Shown piece by piece: positions 9,243 through 16,580 of a stretch of 24,000 nucleotides of DNA. The notes under the pieces were generated by a model. The model did no database searches and was not told the DNA's origin. It was given only the letters and a program-made list of their open reading frames with translations. Location of the stretch: NCBI RefSeq assembly GCF_030362935.1, contig NZ_JAUCDY010000006.1, positions 58,298 through 82,297 on the forward strand, written 5' to 3'. Position numbers and translations under genes: made by a program. The stretch's first letter is position 1; every line of letters starts with the position of its first letter. The DNA comes from Thiopseudomonas acetoxidans (GTDB lineage: Bacteria; Pseudomonadota; Gammaproteobacteria; Pseudomonadales; Pseudomonadaceae).

Positions 9243-10076
9243 CTAGCCAACCTTACTAACACGTAAGAGGTGTAAGCGACGGCTGTCTGAGTTGGCAACC
9301 CGAAAGCGCCAGTTGTCGATCTCTATGACTTCATTGCGTTTGGGCAAATGACCAAATGCGCTGAGAACTACGCCACCGATGGTGTCGTACTCATCTTCAG
9401 AAAAGTTGCTCTTAAAAAACTCATTAAAGTCTTCCACCGGCGTGAGCGCTTTAACAATGTGATCACCGCTGGGTACGGAACGGATTAGTGTATCGTCTTC
9501 AACATCATGCTCATCTTCGATATCACCAACGATTTGTTCTAAGACATCTTCAATGGTTACCAAACCATCAACGCCGCCGTACTCATCAATCACGACCGCC
9601 ATATGGTTGTGGTTGGCGCGGAACTCTTTGAGCAGGACATTAAGGCGTTTTGATTCTGGTACGAAGTTGCAGGGGCGTAAAATCTGCCGCAAGTTAAAAT
9701 CCGCTGGGCGGTTAAGGATAAGTGGTAGCAAGTCCTTGGCGAGTAAAATACCTAAGATTTCATCGTTGTTTTCGCCAAACACCGGGTAACGCGAGTGAGC
9801 GGCTTCGATGATAGCGGGCAAAAATTGCTCAGGTGTTTGGTCAACTTGAATACTGACCATTTGTGAGCGGGGGATCATAATGTCCCGAACTTTAAGCTCG
9901 GAAATCTCAATGGCACCCTCAACAATAGCCAAGGCATCATCGTCCATTAGTTTGTTGCGATTAGCTTCACGCAACAACTGAAATAAATCTTGGCGGTTTT
10001 TGGGTTCTTGGGCAAAAGCTTGGGCTAGTTTATCTAACCAAGATCTTTGCCCGCTGCTAGGACTGTCTTCACTCAT
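9243..10076 (-). CDS. corC: Mg/Co efflux-associated protein CorC (CBS pair + CorC_HlyC domain)
   Basis: 277 aa, closely collinear with E. coli CorC (VRDIMIPRSQM..., ESAHSR.PV, MA.VIDE.GG.SGLVTIED..E.IVG.IEDE). Confidence 0.9.
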   Translation of the reverse strand: MSEDSPSSGQRSWLDKLAQAFAQEPKNRQDLFQLLREANRNKLMDDDALAIVEGAIEISELKVRDIMIPRSQMVSIQVDQTPEQFLPAIIEAAHSRYPVFGENNDEILGILLAKDLLPLILNRPADFNLRQILRPCNFVPESKRLNVLLKEFRANHNHMAVVIDEYGGVDGLVTIEDVLEQIVGDIEDEHDVEDDTLIRSVPSGDHIVKALTPVEDFNEFFKSNFSEDEYDTIGGVVLSAFGHLPKRNEVIEIDNWRFRVANSDSRRLHLLRVSKVG

Positions 10077-10124
10077 GGTTGTAGTAAATCCGTATCTTTC
10101 AAAAAAGTGTTATATAAGAAGAAG

Positions 10125-10586
10125 TTATTCGCTTTCGGCGTAGGGGTCGGCATAACCCAGCCGCGCCATGAGCTGTTGCTCAAGCTCTTCCATCTCTTGG
10201 GCTTCCCGCTCATCTATATGGTCATAGCCTAGCAAATGCAAGCAGCCGTGGATCACCATATGTGCCCAGTGCGCCTGCAGCTGTTTGTTTTGTTCCCGTG
10301 CTTCACGCTCCACTACGGGCGCGCAAATGACCAGATCGCCTAACAGAGGGATATCTAAAATGCCTTCAGGTATCTCGGCGACAAAGGACAGCACGTTGGT
10401 GGCGTAGTCTTTGCCTCGCCACTGCTGATTAAGCGTGCGACCTTCTGCTTCATCAACTAGACGAATGGTTAGCTCCGAAGGAGTGGTACGTTGTTCAAGC
10501 GCCAGTGCACACCATGCTTGTAAGTCTTCTTGACTAGGGAGCAGTACAGAACTACTGGCGATTTGAGTATCCAGAGTAACGATCAT
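10125..10586 (-). CDS. ybeY: rRNA maturation endoribonuclease YbeY
   Basis: 153 aa with the zinc-binding motif [11 protein letters not shown]. It sits between ybeZ and corC. Confidence 0.92.
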   Translation of the reverse strand: MIVTLDTQIASSSVLLPSQEDLQAWCALALEQRTTPSELTIRLVDEAEGRTLNQQWRGKDYATNVLSFVAEIPEGILDIPLLGDLVICAPVVEREAREQNKQLQAHWAHMVIHGCLHLLGYDHIDEREAQEMEELEQQLMARLGYADPYAESE

Positions 10587-10588
10587 GG

Positions 10589-11560
10589 TTAGTTTTGTGC
10601 CTCGTTGGCTTCGTGTTTTTCATAGGCTTCGACAATCAGCTGTACCAAAGGATGGCGTACTACGTCGCCTGATTTAAAAAAGGTAAAGCCCAGACCTGGT
10701 ACATCTTTGAGTACCTCAGCCACATGTACCAGTCCCGATTTTACTCCGCGTGGCAGGTCGATTTGGGTGATATCGCCAGTAATCACAGCAGTGGAGCCAA
10801 AACCCATGCGCGTAAGGAACATTTTCATCTGCTCTTTAGTGGTGTTTTGGCTTTCATCCAGAATAATAAAGCTATTACTTAGCGTGCGACCCCGCATATA
10901 GGCTAGCGGTGCGACTTCGATAATTTGTCGCTCCAACAGGCGATGGACATACTCGTAGCCCAGCATTTCGTAAAGAGCGTCGTACAAAGGACGTAAGTAG
11001 GGGTCAATTTTTTGGGTTAAATCTCCGGGCAAGAAGCCCAGTTTTTCACCCGCTTCAACGGCAGGGCGTACGAGTAAGATGCGTTCAACTTCTTCGCGCT
11101 CTAACGCATCCACTGCACAGGCAACCGCTAGATAGGTTTTTCCCGTGCCTGCAGGGCCTATACCGAAGTTTATATCTTTTTTTTGGATGGAACGTACATA
11201 GGCTTGCTGGTTTTCACCACGAGGTTTAATTACCGCTTTGCGTGTACGCAGCGTGACCCTGTTAGTAGCTGGTAAGGCGAGTTCTTGCATACTCGCATCT
11301 TGCAGGTACAGATGGATTTGGTTAGGGGTCAGCTGTGTGTCTTTGGTTTCACGATACAAGCGGCGCAAAAGGTGTTCTGCGGTGCTTGTCGCTGCAGCAT
11401 CGCCGAGCAGTTCAAACTGTTCGCCACGGTTTCGGATGGTAATGTTAAGGCGCTGCTCAATGAGGCGTAAATGCTCGTCGTATTGACCGCACAGGTTGGC
11501 GAAACGCGCGGTATCGAAGCTTTCTAGTGTAAAACGATGGGTGTGTAGGCTAGTGTCCAA
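10589..11560 (-). CDS. ybeZ: PhoH-like ATPase YbeZ
   Basis: 323 aa with Walker A GPAGTGKT and the PhoH family core ([16 protein letters not shown]). The apparent start is TTG at 11560. Confidence 0.9.
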   Translation of the reverse strand: MDTSLHTHRFTLESFDTARFANLCGQYDEHLRLIEQRLNITIRNRGEQFELLGDAAATSTAEHLLRRLYRETKDTQLTPNQIHLYLQDASMQELALPATNRVTLRTRKAVIKPRGENQQAYVRSIQKKDINFGIGPAGTGKTYLAVACAVDALEREEVERILLVRPAVEAGEKLGFLPGDLTQKIDPYLRPLYDALYEMLGYEYVHRLLERQIIEVAPLAYMRGRTLSNSFIILDESQNTTKEQMKMFLTRMGFGSTAVITGDITQIDLPRGVKSGLVHVAEVLKDVPGLGFTFFKSGDVVRHPLVQLIVEAYEKHEANEAQN

Positions 11561-11671
11561 GACGGTGTGTGTACCTTGTGGAAAATTAAGTGATTAGCAT
11601 AGCTTTGCAAAAATAAAGCGCAATAGTTTTCCGCTTTTACTGCGCGAAACTCCTTAGTGAGCAATATTACA

Positions 11672-11706
11672 CGTGCCGCTCATGGATTATGCAAATGAGC
11701 GGCACG
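11672..11706 (-). terminator. 12-bp perfect stem-loop downstream of elbB (hairpin motif copy 2)
   Basis: CGTGCCGCTCAT (11672-11683) pairs with ATGAGCGGCACG (11695-11706) around an 11-nt loop, 21 nt past the elbB stop. The downstream minus-strand tract, TGTAATATTGCT, is only moderately U-rich. It shares CCGCTCATGGA and GAGCGGCAC with 4318-4342. Confidence 0.4.
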
Positions 11707-11726
11707 AATACTGAAGGTGAAAGCGG

Positions 11727-12380
11727 TTAAGCCATTTCTAATACTTTATCGACTAGGGCATTAATGCCTGTAGCGGCCTGCCTAATGGATTGGGCGAGCA
11801 TATAGGCGGGGGTGGTAACCAAACAGTTGCCTTCATCGACAACAATGCTATCGACGCTGCAATTTTGGTGTATGCCACCCATGGCTTCGATGGCGCCGGC
11901 AGTGCCAGCGTCGCTGCCGATGGTGCAGGTTACGCCTGTGCCAAATATTTTGGCCGATAAAGCGGGGGAGATACACATAAGGCCGATGGGCTTTTTAGCC
12001 TCTTTAAATTGCAAAATAGCCTTGAGGGTGTTTTCTTCTACTTCGCAATCTGCGCCTTTGCTGGCAAAGTTGGACAGGTTTTTGGCGACACCAAAGCCGC
12101 CCGGCAGGATCAAGGCATCAAAGTCTTTGGCTTGTAGTTCGCGTACATCAAGGGTTTTACCACGGGTAATACGCCCTGACTCAATCAGCACATTGCGCTG
12201 CTCAGGCATTTCGTCGCCTGTAAGATGGTTGATAACATGAGCTTGTGGGATATCGGGAGCAAAGAAGGTTACCTGTGCTCCCTGCTGGTCAAGACGCAGC
12301 GCAGTGAGTACGCTCTCATGGATTTCTGCACCGTCAAAAACGCCACAACCGGATAAAATCACTGCAACTTTTTTACTCAT
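11727..12380 (-). CDS. elbB: DJ-1/PfpI-family glyoxalase ElbB
   Basis: MSKKVAVILSGCGVFDGAEIHESVLT...VINHLTG..M.E.RNVLIE..RITRG...PGGFG.AKNLSNFAS is collinear with E. coli ElbB. I start at ATG 12380, which has GGAGA 6 nt upstream, rather than 12386. Confidence 0.85.
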   Translation of the reverse strand: MSKKVAVILSGCGVFDGAEIHESVLTALRLDQQGAQVTFFAPDIPQAHVINHLTGDEMPEQRNVLIESGRITRGKTLDVRELQAKDFDALILPGGFGVAKNLSNFASKGADCEVEENTLKAILQFKEAKKPIGLMCISPALSAKIFGTGVTCTIGSDAGTAGAIEAMGGIHQNCSVDSIVVDEGNCLVTTPAYMLAQSIRQAATGINALVDKVLEMA

Positions 12381-12429
12381 AATCATTCTCCATGGTGTTA
12401 GTGATAAGCCCCATGACAGGTTCGTGTAT

Positions 12430-12481
12430 AAGGAAGTGTTGGAAGCTCTTGCCTGATCCTGACAATGCAGCTAATGACTCG
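12430..12481 (+). repeat. leader-like element, copy A (upstream of priA)
   Basis: An ungapped alignment with 14841-14892 gives 37 of 52 identities. Shared parts are AAGGAAGTG vs AAGGAGGTG, TTGCCT, and the perfect 11-mer CCTGACAATGC. It lies inside a 26-codon ORF (12413..12493, MTGSCIRKCWKLLPDPDNAANDSALA). Confidence 0.5.
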
Positions 12482-12553
12482 GCACTTGCTTAAAGAACCA
12501 TACAACAAAAAACTCCGCTAATATAGCAGCACATAGTTAAGGATTTAATACGC

Positions 12554-14773
12554 GTGTCTGAGCTTTATTTACGTGTCGCATTGCCTACGCCTTTGCGGCG
12601 TTTGTTTGATTACCGTGCCCTGGCTGATATTCCCGTTAGCGCATGGCAGCCAGGCGTGCGGGTGAAGGTGCCTTTTGGTTCGCGCGAAGTGGTTGGCGTT
12701 GTCCTGCACACTACCGATACGACCGAAGTGCCGGTGAGTAAGTTGCGTACGATCACTGAGTTAATTGATGAGAAACCTTTGTTGCCTCCGAGTGTTATGC
12801 AGCTAATAAGCTGGACGTCACAGTATTACCAACACAGTTTGGGCGACACCTTCAGCCGGGCTTTACCGGTACTGCTGCGCCAAGGTGAGCCTGCGGTTGC
12901 GCAAAAAAAACTGTTTTATACCGCTGCTACCGACGCACAACTGGACGATGTGCGAGTTAAAAACGCACCCAGACAGCGGCAGGCTTTACAGGCTGTATTG
13001 CAGCACAAGCGCGGACTGGCCCATGAACAACTCAGCAGTTTAGAGCTGCAAAAAAGCAGCATTGATGCATTGTTAGAAAAAGGTTTGCTGCACAAAGAAT
13101 GGCGCAGTGTGCACCAGCCGCCCAGCAACTTGCCGGTGTTAGCGCAAATGCCGCTGGCCTTAAATGCTGAGCAAAAAGTGGCGTTTGATTCGATTAGTCA
13201 GCAACTCGGGCGTTTCAAAGTGTTTCTGCTAGCGGGCGTGACCGGCAGTGGTAAAACTGAAGTGTATTTGCATCTGATTGAGCAGGTGTTGAATAAAAAG
13301 CAGCAAGTATTGGTACTCATTCCAGAAATTAACCTTGGGCCGCAGACGTTTAGTCGATTCCAGCAGCGTTTCAATGTTAGGGTTGCATTGCTACATTCTG
13401 AAGTGAACGACCGCGAACGACTGAATGCTTGGCTGGCTGCACGCGACGGTCAGGCGGAAATTGTCATAGGTACGCGTTCGGCGTTGTTCACCCCTTTTAA
13501 AAACCTAGGTTTAATTATTATTGATGAAGAGCATGACGCTTCCTATAAACAGCAGGAAGCCTTGCGATACCATGCGCGTGATTTAGCCTTGGTGCGTGCG
13601 CGGCAAGCAGATATTCCGGTGGTGCTGGGTTCGGCGACGCCTTCGTTAGAAAGCTTGCACAATGCTAATAGCGGACGTTATGCGCTGCTGCGTTTGAATA
13701 CGCGCGCAGGTACCGCTAAATTGCCGCAGTTTAAACGTTTGGATGTACGCAGTTTGCCGTTGGATTCAGGCATTAGTATGCCGCTGCAAAAAGCCATTGA
13801 ACGTACGCTGGCCGCAGGACAGCAAGTGTTGGTGTTTTTAAATCGACGGGGCTTTTCTCCGGTTTTGCTCTGTAATGATTGCGGTTGGATGGGTAAGTGT
13901 CGCGACTGTGATGCGCGGCTCACCTTGCACCAGCGTTACAACGAGTTGCGTTGCCATCATTGCGGTCATGTGGAAAAACGCCCGTTAGCCTGCCCAGGCT
14001 GCGAAAGCTTACAGCTGCACCCAGTAGGTGAGGGCACAGAACGAGCAGAAGAACGTTTACAAATTCTGTTTGCGCAAGTGCCGATTTTGCGTATTGACCG
14101 TGACACTACCGCACGCAAAGGTGCGCTGGATGCCATGCTGAATACGGTTAATCAGGGGAAGCCCTGTATTTTGCTGGGCACGCAAATGCTTGCCAAAGGC
14201 CATCATTTTCCACGGGTCACCTTGGTGGCGATTTTAAATGCGGACGGAGGGTTGTTTTCCGCAGACTTTCGTTCGAGTGAGCGTATGGCGCAGTTGATTC
14301 TGCAAGTGGCTGGGCGTGCAGGGCGGGCGCAAGACCCGGGTGAAGTGATTATCCAGAGCCACTTAGCCGATCATCCTTTATTGGTACAGCTGACCGAACA
14401 GGGTTATTTTGCTTTTGCGGAGCAGGCGCTGAGTGAGCGGCGTGCGGCAGGGTTACCACCCTATAGTTACATGGCGTTGTTGCGTGCCGAAGCGGTGAGC
14501 AGTATTCAGGTGGATAATTTTCTACAGGACGCCTTGGCTCTAAGTGAGCAGCTGCTGGCACACTATCAGCTGCAACAGCTTGAGTGCTTAGGTCCGGTTG
14601 CAGCGCCCATGGAGCGCCGTGCAGGGCGCTATAGAGCGCAGTTGCTGTTTATTGCGCACAAGCGTAAAGACCTGCAGCAGTTGTTGCATGCGCTGTGTTT
14701 TAATCTGGAGCTGCTCCCCAGTGCGCGACAAGCACGTTGGTCGGTGGATGTGGATCCCATTGACTTGTTTTGA
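12554..14773 (+). CDS. priA: primosomal replication-restart helicase PriA
   Basis: 739 aa with an N-terminal VALPTPLRRLFDY motif, Walker A GVTGSGKT, the DEEH box IIDEEHD, and Cys-rich zinc motifs (CNDCGW..CRDCD...CHHCG...CPGC). It has a GTG start with AAGGA 10 nt upstream. Confidence 0.95.
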   Translation: MSELYLRVALPTPLRRLFDYRALADIPVSAWQPGVRVKVPFGSREVVGVVLHTTDTTEVPVSKLRTITELIDEKPLLPPSVMQLISWTSQYYQHSLGDTFSRALPVLLRQGEPAVAQKKLFYTAATDAQLDDVRVKNAPRQRQALQAVLQHKRGLAHEQLSSLELQKSSIDALLEKGLLHKEWRSVHQPPSNLPVLAQMPLALNAEQKVAFDSISQQLGRFKVFLLAGVTGSGKTEVYLHLIEQVLNKKQQVLVLIPEINLGPQTFSRFQQRFNVRVALLHSEVNDRERLNAWLAARDGQAEIVIGTRSALFTPFKNLGLIIIDEEHDASYKQQEALRYHARDLALVRARQADIPVVLGSATPSLESLHNANSGRYALLRLNTRAGTAKLPQFKRLDVRSLPLDSGISMPLQKAIERTLAAGQQVLVFLNRRGFSPVLLCNDCGWMGKCRDCDARLTLHQRYNELRCHHCGHVEKRPLACPGCESLQLHPVGEGTERAEERLQILFAQVPILRIDRDTTARKGALDAMLNTVNQGKPCILLGTQMLAKGHHFPRVTLVAILNADGGLFSADFRSSERMAQLILQVAGRAGRAQDPGEVIIQSHLADHPLLVQLTEQGYFAFAEQALSERRAAGLPPYSYMALLRAEAVSSIQVDNFLQDALALSEQLLAHYQLQQLECLGPVAAPMERRAGRYRAQLLFIAHKRKDLQQLLHALCFNLELLPSARQARWSVDVDPIDLF

Positions 14774-14840
14774 GCCAAGGCGTGAATCTTGTCTGCAGAC
14801 ACTATGCAAATGCACTAGCATGGCAAAAATTTTCTTCTTA

Positions 14841-14892
14841 AAGGAGGTGCTGAATAATGTTGCCTAGCCCTGACAATGCGGGTAATTATTCA
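14841..14892 (+). repeat. leader-like element, copy B (upstream of the ABC operon)
   Basis: Partner of 12430-12481 (37 of 52 identical, same strand, offset 2411 nt). It contains the AAGGAGGTG box and the first 12 codons of the uORF. Confidence 0.5.
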
Positions 14893-14928
14893 GTGTCTCC
14901 TAAGGTTTTATTTGAGTGTGATACATGA
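14857..14928 (+). CDS. candidate 23-codon upstream ORF / leader peptide (MLPSPDNAGNYSVSPKVLFECDT)
   Basis: AAGGAGGTG (14841-14849) lies 7 nt upstream of ATG 14857. The stop TGA (14926-14928) overlaps the ABC ATPase ATG (14925-14927) as ATGA. The ATPase has no convincing SD of its own. No homology evidence is possible here. Confidence 0.3.
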   Translation: MLPSPDNAGNYSVSPKVLFECDT

Positions 14929-15848
14929 TTGAGGTTTCTAAGCTTAGCAAACATTTTTCTGAGCATTTAGCGGTAAATAATTTATCTTTCACCATTCAGC
15001 CTGGCGAGGTGATAGGTTTTCTAGGTCCTAATGGGGCGGGTAAATCTACCACAATGAAAATGCTGACCGGTTTTTTGGCTCCTAGTGCAGGAAGCGTCAA
15101 AATTCACGGTTTTGATATTGCCAAACAGCGTATTAGTGCGCAGCGCGTGCTGGGCTATTTGCCAGAAGGCGCGCCCTGTTATGGCGAGATGACGGTGTTG
15201 GATTTCTTGCTGTTTATCGGCAAAGTGCGTGGTTATCATGGTAAAGAGCTGCAAGAGCGCGTTAAACGAGTGATTGATTTGCTTGAGCTTGGGCGGGTGA
15301 TTGGTCAGAGCATTGATACGCTCTCTAAGGGTTTTAATCGGCGCGTGGGCTTGGCGCAGGCGGTGATGCATGAGCCGAAGGTGTTGATATTAGATGAACC
15401 CACTGATGGTTTGGACCCCAACCAAAAGCATCAGGTACGCCAGTTGATCAAGGCGTTAGCTAAAGACCGCATTGTGATTATTTCTACGCATATCTTAGAA
15501 GAGGTCAGCGCGCTTTGTACGCGTGTGCTGTTGATTGCGCACGGCGAGCTGATTGTCGATGAAACACCGCATCAATTATCACAGCGCTCTAAATACCATC
15601 AGGCGGTCACGCTTTACAGTGAAGACGCGCTCGATCAGGCAGCGCTAAAGGCTTTACCCGGTGTGCAATCACTGGAGGAGAACAGTCGCGATGGCAGCTT
15701 GACCTTAATCCCTGAGCCGGGCGCTGTGTTGTTTCCTGTGGTCAACGCGCTTATTCAACAACGTGGTTGGCAAGTGCAAGAAGTTGCCGTGGAGTCGGGA
15801 CGTTTGGATGAGGTTTTCCGCCGCTTGACCAGAGGAGAATCGGCATGA
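14925..15848 (+). CDS. ABC transporter ATP-binding protein (ABC-2 / GldA-like)
   Basis: 307 aa with Walker A GPNGAGKST, the signature LSKGFNRR, and Walker B LILDEPTDGLD. An in-frame TGA lies immediately upstream of the ATG. Its stop overlaps the permease start (ATGA). Confidence 0.92.
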   Translation: MIEVSKLSKHFSEHLAVNNLSFTIQPGEVIGFLGPNGAGKSTTMKMLTGFLAPSAGSVKIHGFDIAKQRISAQRVLGYLPEGAPCYGEMTVLDFLLFIGKVRGYHGKELQERVKRVIDLLELGRVIGQSIDTLSKGFNRRVGLAQAVMHEPKVLILDEPTDGLDPNQKHQVRQLIKALAKDRIVIISTHILEEVSALCTRVLLIAHGELIVDETPHQLSQRSKYHQAVTLYSEDALDQAALKALPGVQSLEENSRDGSLTLIPEPGAVLFPVVNALIQQRGWQVQEVAVESGRLDEVFRRLTRGESA

Positions 15849-16579
15849 AGCATTGGCGTATCATTTTAGAGCGTGAATTCTCGGGCTATTTTGCCACTCC
15901 ATTGGCGTATGTGTTTTTGTTGACGTTTTTGGTTTTGTCTGGCTTGTTTACCTTTTATCTGGGTGGCTTTTATGAAAGCGAGCAGGCCAACTTGCAACCG
16001 TTTTTCACCTTTCATCCATGGCTGTATCTGTTCTTAATGCCCGCTTTAGCCATGCGCTTGTGGTCTGAGGAGCGCAAAAGCGGCACGATTGAATTATTAA
16101 TGACGCTGGCGATTCGTCGGCGTGAAATGGTGTGGGGAAAGTTTCTGGCCGCGTGGTTATTTGCTGGACTAGCGCTGGGATTAACCTTTCCCTTGGTGTT
16201 TACGGTTAATTTTTTAGGTGATCCTGATAATGGCGCTATTTTAACCGGCTACTTGGGCAGTTGGCTGCTGGCTGGTGCGTATCTGGCGGCCAGCTCGTTT
16301 GTTTCGGCGTTGTCGAAAAATACGGTGTTGGCCTTTATTGGTGCGTTAGGGCTGTGCTTTATTTTTGTGGTTAGTGGTCATGCATTGGTGTTGGATGCTT
16401 TTACGAACTGGGCTCCGCAATGGTGGCTCGATATGGTGTCGTCCATGAGTTTTTTAACACGTTTTCAAGCCATTAGCCGTGGCGTGATTGATGTACGCGA
16501 TGTGCTGTTTTTCCTTAGCTTTATTCTGGCGTGGCTGGTAGCTAGTGTCATTGTGCTTGAACTGAAAAAGGCGGATTAA
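15845..16579 (+). CDS. ABC-2 type transporter permease (GldF-like)
   Basis: 244 aa with about 6 hydrophobic segments. It is translationally coupled to the ATPase and sits 1 nt upstream of the GldG-like gene. Confidence 0.85.
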   Translation: MKHWRIILEREFSGYFATPLAYVFLLTFLVLSGLFTFYLGGFYESEQANLQPFFTFHPWLYLFLMPALAMRLWSEERKSGTIELLMTLAIRRREMVWGKFLAAWLFAGLALGLTFPLVFTVNFLGDPDNGAILTGYLGSWLLAGAYLAASSFVSALSKNTVLAFIGALGLCFIFVVSGHALVLDAFTNWAPQWWLDMVSSMSFLTRFQAISRGVIDVRDVLFFLSFILAWLVASVIVLELKKAD

Positions 16580-16580
16580 A

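Noticed and set aside
11812-12240. 142-aa ORF antisense to elbB. Similar antisense ORFs occur inside sppA (1412-1783), the ABC ATPase (15021-15371), gldG (17134-17424, 17832-18155), priA, lnt and ybeZ
   Set aside because: Each is fully nested in a confidently assigned gene on the opposite strand or in another frame. None has a start context or a family resemblance. These are typical shadow ORFs.
14790-14801. Perfect 12-nt palindrome TGTCTGCAGACA just after priA, and the shared 8-mer CTGCAGAC in the 18427-18456 terminator stem-loop
   Set aside because: A 12-nt palindrome and an 8-mer coincidence are both within chance expectation for about 2 kb of intergenic DNA. There is no second half-site or flanking similarity.
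12413-14928. Idea that the direct repeats flanking priA mark a mobile or recently inserted priA cassette (target-site duplication)
   Set aside because: The repeats are only about 71 percent identical and sit at different distances from priA. priA is a core replication-restart gene with native-looking composition, and no recombinase or terminal inverted repeats are present. A regulatory or leader explanation is more parsimonious.
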